The notes below the pieces were generated by a model. That model was not told the DNA's origin. It ran no database searches and worked only from the letters and a program-made list of their open reading frames with translations. The translations under genes and the position numbers were made by a program. DNA of 62,459 nt, the filler included, from Vermamoeba vermiformis (lineage: Eukaryota), in the NCBI GenBank assembly GCA_045837725.1. It is 7 parts of 7 records of this genome, joined end to end, with 100 filler letters (N's around TTAATTAATTAA, not from the genome) between each part and the next. Parts side by side here need not be neighbours in the genome. Positions count along the whole stretch, not along the records: positions 35,299 to 43,626 come from JBEWZL010000277.1; positions 43,727 to 59,684 come from JBEWZL010000279.1; 5 more parts are not named here. One strand, given 5' to 3'. Positions 36,790-48,476 of this stretch are shown one piece after another. The first letter of the stretch is position 1. Each line of letters begins with the position of its first letter.

Positions 36790-39700
36790 TCATTCGTCAT
36801 CATCCACTGGCCACACAGAGACGTAATGATTGTTGTTCACATAAGCGAGGCGAATGGTCGGCAGGTAGTCCATGTTAACAGGCTCGAACACGAAGCGTTC
36901 AAACGAGTGATGTGCAGTCATCACAAAGATCTCCACTCGTACCCTGGTGAAATGTCAGTGTGATAATTCAACTCAGTTATGCTGTTGACGTACTTGAATA
37001 TGACAGCACAAATGCTCGCAAATTCAGTTTCGCACCATTCTTGTGGTCGTTGATACTTCGCTGCCCATTCACGTGCTTTCTCTTCAGAGTTGAATAGTGG
37101 TCCAATTGTGTCAGGATACGTCTGTGACAAGTGCTGCCAATTGTTGCGAACGTAGTTTGCAATTGTTTGTCGCAATGAGTTGCAATCACCGTTGATGTCT
37201 GTGATCACTTGTAGATAATCAATCAACGAGAAAGGCAAACAGTCACCATTGCCTGGATTGTCTCTAATCTCCAATTGAAGTGGTTGCAGTTGTACTTTCA
37301 GCTCATCTTTGTTTGCAAACGCATTTGTTGCTATTTGTTGCTTAACCGACTTCCAAAAGTCTATGGTCAGTTTATGAGTTGGCAAATCATTGACAGAGGA
37401 GGTTCGCTTTGTTCTGATGATCAAATCAGTTACTTAAAACTAAAATTTAGCCTTGGATACTTACTTTGACTGCTCTTTAGCCTGACCAATGTTTTCAAAG
37501 AGATGTGCATGATGTTGTTTCAACAATGTGGCTCGTTCCAGCATGTTGTTGAGTTGATCAACACACTGAAATACTGTTGGACGATTTGTTGGCTCTTTGT
37601 CAGTGCACTTGGTGATGAATGAGTGCACTTGTTCAATCAGTGGTGATAATTCATTGTGTTGTTGCATCAAGTGACTCAAGTCACCGCACATCTTCATCAG
37701 AACACGTCCAAAACTTGAAAAACAATTAGTCAACATATTGGCAATCAAATATTAAGTACCTGTAGACATCAACAGCTGAGTTGTATTGAGTTTGTACCAT
37801 CATTTCTGGTGCACAATAGCCTGGTGTTCCCTGACATTGTACTTCAATTAGATTGTGCTTCAGGTTCATCACTAATGGGCATTATTCTTACCTGTCTCTC
37901 ATACAAATAAGGAAGTGTTGACATTTTTGCTATTCCGAAGTCAATTATTCTCACTTTCATTTCTTTGTCAAGCTGATCAATTCAATTTAGTTACTTGAAC
38001 ATCTCTTATCTAACATACCATTATATTATCAGGTTTGATGTCACGGTGAATGATTGGTGGATTTTGACTGTGAAGATGCTTAATGCCTTCTGCAATACTG
38101 ACTGCAATGTCAAGAAGAAGAATGAGATTAGTAGAAAGAGAGTCCTTGAATTCATGGATGAGTTGAGAGAGTGACTTGTCAAGCAGCTCAGTGATGATGT
38201 ACATGTGTGCTGTGTTGTTTGACTCGCTGCAAGAGTAGCCAATGATCTTCAATGTGCAAGGATGATCAACCATTCTATGAGAAGTAAGTCCAAGTTAACA
38301 TAACATCATCATTACCTCAGTATTTTAATCTCTTTGAAAGCAGCTTGAATATCTTTGATCTCTTTCACTGCAACTTGTTGACCATTTTGAAGTGTTCCTG
38401 TCATCACTGTGCCAAATGCACCCTTGCCTTTGATGTTGTTCTTGTTCAATTTGATGTTCGCAAACTCAATCAATGGCACTTCAAACAAGGTATTGTCAGT
38501 CACAGATGATGATAAGCAACTTACAATTGAAAAGAGCCACTTCTGGCAGCAAATCGGTGATGGTAACACTTGCATCTGATTCTGCACATCCAGCAAACTG
38601 CATGTTCCTGTCAGTGACAGTTAGCAAGAGAAAAACGTTGGAAGGAAGAACAAACCTGATGAACAGTGTCAAAAGTGGAATACTGTTTGGAGTTATCTGA
38701 TCACTTGGCATCAATGGCAGGTATTGATCAATTGTTAGCTTGTTATCTCTGAATTTCTGTTGACAGCTGTTGCAGGAACAGATGGCCAATCTTTTCACAA
38801 ACTTTGTCACAGTTTGCTCATTCTGAAAATAGCTGAACAAGCTCTCTTCAATTGCTTCAAAGACTTGGGGCAGTAGTGTTAAGGAGCTAAACATAATGCA
38901 AAATATCATGTTATAATTGGTAATTTTCATGGATTTGCATTAGCTTACCCTTTGCTTGATTGAGACAAAAGTTGCACTGAATCAAATTGACTGCCAAGTT
39001 TGTTTTTTTGAATATAAACAGCTTCAGAGTTACCAAACAACTTGATGCCATGTGTAGATATAAAAATATTACACAAGGTGATTTTAGCAAAGAATTGCAT
39101 TTGAATGGTGAGGTGCTCAAAGAAGCCAATGGGCAGCATGCACTTGAAGTGATAAACTCTTCCAACTGAATAATGAAATGTTCCCTTTTGATACAATGGT
39201 ACTGAATTATGATCCAAGCCTATTTGAGGAATGAATATCTTCCAGTCTTTCACTTCCCCCTTCCTTTCAATGTAAATCAACTTGGCTTTCTCAACAACTT
39301 CAATAAACAACTTGAGTTTTATCTCATCAGAAATGACTGATTTTGCCAAGTTGTAGTCAATCCATCCGGTAATGCTTGTTGTTTTGATGTTCTTGGATTT
39401 GATTTTGATTTCATTGAATGCTTTGCTGATCAAATCACCATTCAAGATCACTGTTGCATCTTCATCTTGCTCATTTGATCCAAGATACACAATCATTCCA
39501 AGCTCTTCTAAGGAATGAAGAACTTCAATACAATGCTGAATTGATAAGTCTGTTTGCTCTGCCAAAGTTTTAACAGTCATGCACATCTCTTTGCTATCCT
39601 TGAGAAGCTTTAACATGTCAGCACTGCCTTTGAGAGAGCTTGCTGGTGATTCCTTTGATAAAACTACTGCAAGTTAGTCACTTCAAATATAGAAAAGGAA

Positions 39701-40900
39701 TGTTACCATTGAGTAAATCAACAATTGTTGAAATGTTTGTCTTATTGTCATTGCTAATGGCAAACAATTTTGATGATGGGTTGCTTGGACTCAATGAATC
39801 AATTGGATGCATGTGTAAATTTAATTGAAGTTCACTTTGCAAAGTTGTGATTGCATGATCAATATCCATTATTTTCTCTTTCAGTTCATTTTTATCTTTA
39901 ACTAAATCCAACATGGTTGCAACAACAACTACTTTGCTTTCAGGACACAATTGATGAACAATAAACATCCATTTGGCAAGTTGATCACTGATTTGTTGAT
40001 AACTGTCAATGAGCTGAACAACAATAACAAATACTGAATTTTTGGTGAAATACAGTTTGTGACTGGATAAGAAGTGCTCTTGACCTGCAAAGTCCCAAAC
40101 ACTCAGAAACTTGCCTTTTGATATCTCAATGTTGTGAATGTCAACTCCTTCCGTTCTTGATGAGCCTTGAAGACTGTAGAACCAGACATTCTTGAGTCGT
40201 TTGACAAGAGATGTCTTGCCAACAAGGCCTTCTCCAACAATCACAATCTTCTTTTGAGGAACTTGAATTTCTTCAAAGGCTTTATCATAAAAATCTTGTA
40301 TCGCTGAAATGCCCTTCTTTGCAACTGCTAATGGTGGTGATTTCAATGGGTTATCATCAATCTTCAGCTTTTTCAGCTTTACAAGGGCTATTAATGATGA
40401 TGGCAGAGCTCTCAGTTGATTTGATCTGAGATCCAAACATTGCAAGTTTGTGAGAGCTGATATTGATGATGGAAGAGTTGTCAGTTGATTTGACTTGAGA
40501 TACAACTCTTCCAAGTTGGTGAGAGCAGATATTGATGACGGAAGAGTTGTCAGTTGATGTATACCAAGATCCAACCATTTCAAGTTTGTGAGAGCAGATA
40601 TTGATGATGGCAGAGCTCTCAGTTGATTTGATCTGAGATTCAACCATTGCAAATTTGTGAGAGCTGATATTGATGATGGAAGAGTTGTCAGTTGATTTGA
40701 TCTGAGATTCAACCATTTCAAGTTTGTGAGAATTGATATTGACGATGGAAGAGTTGTCAGTTGAAATGAAGAGAGATTCAATACAGGATCCTGGCGATGT
40801 AGGGCTGTAATATCTTTGTTAATTATTTCCACACGTACAAACTATCTAAACAGTTACCCTCAGCAATCATTCTCTCTGCTTGCTCTTCAAATTGAGACAT
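36790..40900 (-). CDS. Roco protein: LRR - Roc GTPase - COR-like region - protein kinase - OTU-like deubiquitinase domain, multi-exon
   Basis: 23-aa LRRs ending NPLKSPP..KG; P-loop GEGLVGKTSL, RTEGVDI, WDFAGQE..H; kinase GKGAFG, VAVKE, HRDIKPDN, DFG, GTPGYCAPE; last two exons PGNGDCL..LRQ..W and AYVNNNHYVSV then TGA at 36790-36792. Confidence 0.85.
40400..40780 (-). repeat. 69-bp coding tandem repeat (LRR units), about six copies
   Basis: ATATTGA(T/C)GA(T/C)GG(A/C)AGAG..CAGTTGAT recurs every 69 bp; protein unit LTTLPSSISALTNLxxLxLxxNQ. Confidence 0.92.
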
Positions 40901-41036
40901 TTTTAAACGCAAATAATATGGCTTCTTTAATTCTGTAATTCTCATCAGTGCAATTCACTCTTATAATAAAATTAATTTGTAAAGATCGCAATTAATTTTG
41001 TTTTTCACGCTTGAAGCGTAAATAAAATATTGTTAA

Positions 41037-41409
41037 CCAGGCTCAAATCCCCCCGGAAACTGTTTTATAAAACTGTTGAAATTAAATTTAAGTTTAATTT
41101 GCGAAGCGATTTAGAAACCGCTGCTCGTACTGTATATTTATGTTGCAACGTTAAATAAATATTATATACTTCCCTAAATATGTGTGTGATATTACTATTG
41201 CTAACGGACGAGGGCAATGCATCGCACCGTCAGTATTGATTAATTAAAATGTTTAATTAATTATTAAAATTGTTAATTTATCGAATTCTTTCAACAAATA
41301 AATTAAAAAGTTCTAAATCGCTTTGTAAATTAAACAATTGCATAAAATCAAAACTTTAATTTAATTTCAACAGTTTTATAAAACGGTTTCCGGGGGGATT
41401 TGAGCCCGG
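41037..41409. mobile_element. non-autonomous MITE-like element with long TIRs, TTAA flanks and CC...GG termini (piggyBac-like)
   Basis: TTAA|CCAGGCTCAAATCCCCCCGGAAACTGTTTTATAAAACTGTTGAAATTAAATT at 41033 is the near-perfect reverse complement of AATTTAATTTCAACAGTTTTATAAAACGGTTTCCGGGGGGATTTGAGCCCGG|TTAA ending 41413; AT-rich non-coding interior. Confidence 0.8.
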
Positions 41410-41725
41410 TTAACAATAATTCTTTTGCAACAAATTAAATAAATTCTCCTGGTCAAAAAAATTAATAAAGATCTAAGCTTACCTTGCACTTAATAAGCTG
41501 TCAAAATAATTATTGCACAACTATTATTTTGATGTTTTGTATTATCGCTTCACGAAAAATCTCTTGTAACAAAGTTAAATTCTGACGCGTGCATTAACAG
41601 GCAATTATCAAGTTTATCATTCTAACATGTAAGTTTGAAACATTAAGTATTATAAACAAACGGCTGCTAGAGTCAAAGGTAATCTCCGTCCGTTGAAGAT
41701 TGCATCTAACGCTCCGTTTGTCTAT

Positions 41726-42567
41726 TTATACACAAATAAAGATTACAACGATACGAGGAGCCATTGGTTCTCGTACTCGTTCTTGCATCTGAAAGCCACA
41801 GCTCAGTATTTTCTTCTCTTCGCTGGTCAGTTGCCTGTCCGACAGCAGAGTTGGGTCTGAATGTTCGTGATGAAGTCGGCGAGCTATGAGAATGGTATCA
41901 GCAACGCACTCGTTCAAAACAAAAAACAATCACGAAGCGACGATAACGCCCTCCTTACCTGGTCCATGAGCTCTCTTGACAGTTTGACTGCGAGATCGTT
42001 TGGCGAGAACAGAATGAATCCCAAACTCACCTGTTGCACGGCACTCAGTATCGTTGACTCGACGTTTTGTGGCTCTGCAATGACTTCCCAATGGTGACCA
42101 ACGAGTTGTCGTACCAGTTCACTGTTTTGGTGCCGACTTGAAGACCTGCGTGGCTGCTTCCAAATGGAAAGTTACCCACTTTCAACGCATCTGTCAAAAA
42201 AGTGGGTCAATTCTTGAATAACGTCTATGAGAGCACTAATAAGTTATATTGCCTGCAATGCGAGACCACGTTTGATTCGGTTGCACGTTGCTCATGTAAA
42301 TTTTGACCGTGAGCTGCAAGAGAGAATCAATATTTGAAATAAAAGAATTGAATAAATTCTAAATATGAGTGCAAATACCTCTTGGTCATATCGTTCGTGA
42401 TATTCATCACCGAATAATTGTTCTTTGATTCGATTCTTGACCACATAGTGGTTTGGAGCGACTTGTTGCCAAGCACCACCCATTTCAGCCAGTTTTTGTT
42501 TGACGGCATCATAGCCAGGAGGGTTGTTGACCACCGGCGGCGTTGTCTTGTGACAGCTCTTGCTCAT
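41726..42567 (-). CDS. hypothetical multi-exon protein, possibly pseudogenised
   Basis: ATG 42567 ORF with GT-AG linked downstream exons (LTVKIYMSNVQ; FPFGSSHAGLQVGTKTVNWYDNSLV); the frame appears to shift near 42085; 3' end uncertain. Confidence 0.4.
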
Positions 42568-43626
42568 GGTAGGGCTACTTGATTGTGATAGGCCTATTTT
42601 CGTGTGCTATTGATAATCAACTTGTTGTATTAAATTGTGATGCACTACTGCGTCCACAATGAGGGTTTTGTTCGTATTCTTTCATTCTTCGGTCAGATGT
42701 CCCTTTCGAAAGACGCTTTTTCTTTTTTGCAACGTAGATTCGGTGGACGTACATCACTTCTCTTGATTTAATGACGGGTTGGAGTTTGCTATTTAAACCG
42801 CGTTGCTCTGCGTTTTTAAACTTGAGAAAATACTCCTAAAATTCATACAACGTTAATGTACATGTTAATATACATCAATATCAAATATATAAATATTTAC
42901 AGAATTGACTTCAATATGACTTTAAAATTATTGAGAAGTTCGAAGATGCAGAATGAATGTTGCTTACTCCCTGATAACATTACGAGTTTCCGTAGCAGTA
43001 TATACGTGAAATTGAATCTATTTATGTCACGATTTCATTGCCTTATCGTGGCGTTGTGGTTTCTTTGTCACGCGGAAGCGATCAGATGACGAAAGAGTGA
43101 AGTAAACTCTTTTCTTTCTCGTGAGATCTGCTTAGAAAAGCAAGAGTCACCATGACGTGGTATATTATGTACTCGGGCGTGCTATGAGTGAAGATACACG
43201 ATGAGGAACGAAATTACTGCGAAAGATCGGTTGTCATCGTGGATCACGCTTCTCTCTCGTGTAAAATCTGAAAAAATAGCATAACGAGACTAAACATACT
43301 CCTGTGGTCATTCTTTTGTCTTACGGTTCGAGGTGTTGCAGTCTGCCGAAACACTTTCGCTTGTTCGAAACACCGTCGACCACAACACGAGAGAACACCT
43401 ACGGCGGGTTCCTCCAGTAATAAAAGTGTCGTACTTTCAAATGATGGTGCGAGTGGGTTCCATCTCAAAGGCGAACTTAGGTAAGCGACCTCGATCTGCA
43501 GTGTTTTACTTTAAATTGGACTTACGTGCATTCAATAATTATATAATAATTTAATATGCTGCAATTTGACTGTTCATTACCAAAATGCATTGACAATAAA
43601 TTGCATGTTTTAGGTTCAGATGTGCA

Positions 43627-43726
43627 NNNNNNNNNNNNNNNNNNNNNNNNNNNNNNNNNNNNNNNNNNNNTTAATTAATTAANNNNNNNNNNNNNNNNNN
43701 NNNNNNNNNNNNNNNNNNNNNNNNNN
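43627..43726. other. artificial contig spacer
   Basis: 44 N + TTAATTAATTAA + 44 N. Confidence 0.97.
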
Positions 43727-46488
43727 TCTAACGTCGTATCAATAATCTCTACAGTAGTAACGCCACTTCGTTTTGTTACGGCGTCAAAGAGCAGATCTAG
43801 CTCGTCTTTTGTGAATGCTGATCGGTACTGCAGCTTCACGCCCCACATTTTCTTTGTCGAGGTAATAATTTGCATTAATAATTTAAATAATTCTGGAGGT
43901 AGTTTTGTCGAATTAACGGTGAGACTTTTGACTTGGTGCTCCAAATCCAATAATAAAGTAAAATGTATTTTACTTTCCCAATCACGCTTGTGATAATCGG
44001 ACGCGTATGTACTAGATAGTCCTCTTTTATACTAAAATAATTATTATTAAATTATGCTGCAGACCGGAAATAAATTGTTGGATTTACCTCTTCGATCTTC
44101 TGAGTTACCTCCTCTTGTGGGATCCCTTGCGCTACTATCTCTGAAATAATATGTTCCATTATGCCGAAGTTATGAAGCGCTGCGATGCTGTCGTCGTCAC
44201 TAAGAAATTTAAATTTGGTCTTAGTTTTTGAAACGAAGAGATCTTTTGTCGGTTTGAACTTTTGGTTGATTTTTGGGTTGAACCAATCAAACTTATTGCT
44301 TCCCCATCTAATACATCAGCTTTATTTCAATAGACTGTGGCACAATTACAACGGTCTTATTTTACTGAAGTATAAGGTTGACCAAGTCTTGTCTTTCTTA
44401 TTCACTGAGAGTTCTTTCGAAATATTTCTGCGAATTATTGTCGGTGCACCGTTCGAAGCTCCATCTGGCCGCTTTTTAGCGGCATTACAAAGCTGCTGCA
44501 GGTACTAACGATGCGGTAAGTTGAGTTGTTTCCGTGCCCTGTTATAGAAATCCAGTACCATTAATCTCCGTTGTGATGATGATTGGGCAATGGAATGAGT
44601 TTCTTGTTGATGATAATGTGCTCAATGTACTCGTTCACCCAACAAATGTACGGCTCTAACGAGCGATGTTCTTTGAAAAACGACAAACACCGCTCCAATT
44701 TTGACAACTTCGAGTCCTCCTATAATATCATAATTGATTAGTACTATAATCATATGGATTATATAATGCTGTGAAATGAACGTACATCAATTTCTTGGTG
44801 CGCTTCTTCGAAGTATATTTTTCCGAGCTCGTGAAATCTGCCTGTGCGTCGCAACAATCGTTTCAACTTCATCAATTCTTTTCTGCGCTTGTAATACGTC
44901 GCCAAGTTATCGACAACGTCGGGATTTTTCAAGCAATGCTCTTCGAACAGCGCTCGAGAAAATTTTCCCTAAAAAGGCAAGTTAGTCAAAGTTCAACCGA
45001 ATTACGCTATCCTAATATTAAAATACCTTAATAAACAACACTACTGTTATTATAACATCGTGAACGTTTGTTTCAAGAGCTGCACGCAACAGATCTAAAC
45101 AAATAAAAATTGAGTAATTTTTTCACAGCGGATCTACTCGCGGTCATCAAGCGTTAAATACTATTATATGAACAGTATAACCTATATTGTGACTCACCCA
45201 ATCGCTGTTCAAATGTCTTAACGAATCTGAGTCCGTCAGAGCTGCCGCGCACTAACATTTCATTCACGACTTGTTCCACCGTCAACACTTTTTCATACTC
45301 TGTGAGCTTGGCCTTAATGTCGTCTAAATATTTATATTAGTATTGTCGCTATTATCATTACCAGTCGTAAAACACGTCTATTCGAAAATAAAATGGATCC
45401 ACTGTTCAACATCTATAGCTCATATTTAAATAGTTCCATCATTCACGCAAAATTGTAATATTAATAATAATCAATTAAAAAATTAATTTTTCTTAAATAA
45501 ACGTCCTCGCGGCATTTTTTTGCAAATTAAAAGTCCGATTTTCCATATATGGCAATAACATCAAACGCTATAGCATCGTATTTAATCTTACCGTATCCAA
45601 TGCGCAACATCATGTGATTTTGCAGCACGCCAGACAACTCCATTAAAATATCTTGTTTTTCTTCCTGCATCATCGTCATTTTATCAATCGTCCGTTCACA
45701 GAATTGCTTCCAATGTGCCGATTCTTCGACGATTTCCGCGTTAATTTTTTTGAGCTGTTCATTTTCAGTGAAAATATGCTCCACTTGCGACATTTTTTCT
45801 TCTGCGATCGCCGCCATAGATCGCCTAAAAAGTCGAATTAAACATAAAAAATCATATAAATATGCGCGCTTATTTCTAGGATCATTTTTGCACGATTATA
45901 ATAAAAATTACTTGTGGGTGGATTTGTTACCGTTACAAATCTGATTTTGTAAATTTCCAAATTTTACTTACAAGTGCGTTTGCTCGTCGAGCATTTTGCC
46001 GTGATCTTGTAGCACCTTATTAAATTGTTGTAAAAATATGTCTTTTTCTTCTTTCAGACTTTTGATCTGTTCCAACAATAGATCTCGCTCTAACTTTAAT
46101 TCTGCGACCTATAATAGCGATTAATATTGTACATAATTCGAATTTTTCGTGTCTATAATTTTTAACATTGTAATTACCTTTTCTAAGGCCCTTTCTTCAG
46201 AATTAGTTCGTCGATCCAATTCCTCTACGAAATAAATTCAAATTATTATGATAAAATTGGAAATAATCTTACGATTATAACAAAATTACTTTTAATAGTA
46301 AAAGAAAAAATCTGCACTGATTTGCAAAACGCCTCGTCATCCGGGTATTTCGCAAATTAATTCTTAAATTATTTTTTTACATTACTAATGCGCGTTAATT
46401 AATGACTATAACGCCGGTACTTACGCAGCACCTTATTTAATTCTTCCAGTATATAACCGCGCTCATGATCGTCTTCGCTTTGCTCCAT
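43727..46488 (-). CDS. one or two hypothetical multi-exon genes (coiled-coil-rich N-terminal part; possible stop at 44561; downstream part cut by spacer)
   Basis: ATG 46488 (MEQSEDDHERGYILEELNKVL), E/K/Q-rich exons such as ORF 45527..45817 bounded by splice sites; further exons to the gap. Confidence 0.45.
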
Positions 46489-46737
46489 CTGGCCGAGAAT
46501 CGCTTATTTAACACTCTAATATAGAAAAACTACACTAACGTAGTTGTATTTTGAATCATTATGCAATATTGTGGTTGTGGTAGTTGTTTGTTCGAGAATG
46601 CGAAAATACTTTTATTTTTAAGTTGACTGGGCATGCACTAACAAAGAGCACGCGTATGTATTTGTTTATATATAAGGATGTTGTCGTTACTTGGTCTTAT
46701 GATTGTTTATTTACATGAATAAATTAGTACTATAAGT

Positions 46738-48013
46738 TTAGATAAACTCCAGAGACTCTTTTTGGCAGCCCATTTGCTTAGCGTGCTTTTGATATAACTC
46801 TTGAAGCTTATCCATATAAATTTGATGGTATTTCTCAACGACTTCATGGGACGGATTGGCTATTTTAGGGATCTCGATTGGCTCGCCGACAACGGTGCAC
46901 ATGTCGCGTCTCAAGGGCAAGAACAGCTTGTTTTTGCGAATATCAACCGCAGGGAACGTAAAGCGGAAGAGCTAAAGAAAGATCCAGTCAGAATCCGAAA
47001 TGTGGAGCCGTTACACGGAGAATGTTGAGCTTGTAGCTTATCCTTACCCTCTTAGCAGTGTCTTGTATCCATCTGAGTACTGTTCCAGGCTGGTTATCGA
47101 GCTGTTCGTAAGCGTCATTCTCACCAAATGCGTAGACTGGAACTAATGAAGCACCCGTGTGCATGGCAATCTTAATGAATCCATTTCTAAATGAGAAAAT
47201 AAGCTAAAGCTTCTAAATTATAAAATATAAACGCATTTTTAGCTTAAATCAATGCCTACGGCAAAAGATCATAATTAGTTTTGACTTACCTTCGCTTTAA
47301 AATGACTTTGTTCGATTGAGGACGAGCGTGCAAAGACTCTTCAGCACCACCAACCACGAGGAGCACCGAAGTCTTATCTTCTAAGACATCGCAAATGGAC
47401 TTCTTAGCGGATCCGATGAAACCAAGCATGAGCAGCCACTCGCGGAAGAACGGAACAATAAAATTGTTTTCCAAAGTGACCGTGCGATATTTAATGTCGG
47501 GAAATACGCTGCTGAATGAGCCTTCGTGGTCGTTGAGGAAATTAGCCCAAACTGATACGCCAAAGATTCCTACAAAATCAAAGTATTAAATAACGTTAAG
47601 ACAAAAATCTTAAACGTTTGAATTCGAGCTTTTATGACTGATTTTAAGGGCATTTAAATAATTTGAACTTGACACGTGTCACCAAACTACTTACCGTGCG
47701 GATGTAGCACGAAGACATGTGGCTTTGCAGGATCGATATCGGCGGTCTTAATTAGCTTAGCATTGAAGTATCTTCTAGTAGCTAAAAATACTGATGACCG
47801 ACGCAGCCAAGATGAGATTCGGTTAGCCTTTTTGTGAAATGGGATCTTGTTGTCCACCAAAAAAATCCAACCCAGGTAAATAAGGTAGAACGGCCATATT
47901 GAGGGTATAAACATTATCGTAATGTTTAAAAGAATGATGGCTATCTGAAAATAGAACAGAAAACCGATGGAAATGAAATCCGTGTCGACTTGGAGACCTT
48001 CTAACTTCATCAT
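46738..48013 (-). CDS. DGAT2: diacylglycerol/monoacylglycerol O-acyltransferase 2 family
   Basis: N-terminal TM region, RRYF, HPHG, VPFFREW, VVGGAEE, LKRR/NGFIKIA..GASLVPVYAFGEND, VVGEPI..P, H..Y...L..L. Confidence 0.9.
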
Positions 48014-48476
48014 CTAAGATATCAAAGCATCAATTAGGTGCAATTAAGAGTTAATATAGCGTAATAGTGTATTGTTCGAAAATCGTCTGAAGGTTTGAAT
48101 TAATTTCAATTATTTATGAATTTGCAAAGTGGGATCCGCAATCAAATGCCACTAAAAGTGAAATAATTGGCTTAAATGGCATTGAATAATCAACAAAAAT
48201 CTTTCAGTAACACTTTCTGACTGGTATATTGTCGTGCTCCTTACACTTACCGTTGACTAGATAGGATCTCCGTTCTGGTATTAGCAAACCTTCAATAACT
48301 CCTACAGTGCTTCTCTGGACCACTAATAGTGTTGGTCTATAGATTTTGGTCGCAAAAATAGACTGATGACAGTTCAAAATTTAACCCTTATTTTGGTTCA
48401 ATGAATTTTGTCGCGAGGAAAAAAAAAGAGGTCGTTGCCGTTCTCAGTTGAATATAATAACACATATAGAGCAATC

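Noticed and set aside
40400-40780. CRISPR-like array
   Set aside because: The 69-bp period is a multiple of three, has no unique spacers and encodes LRRs in an open frame.
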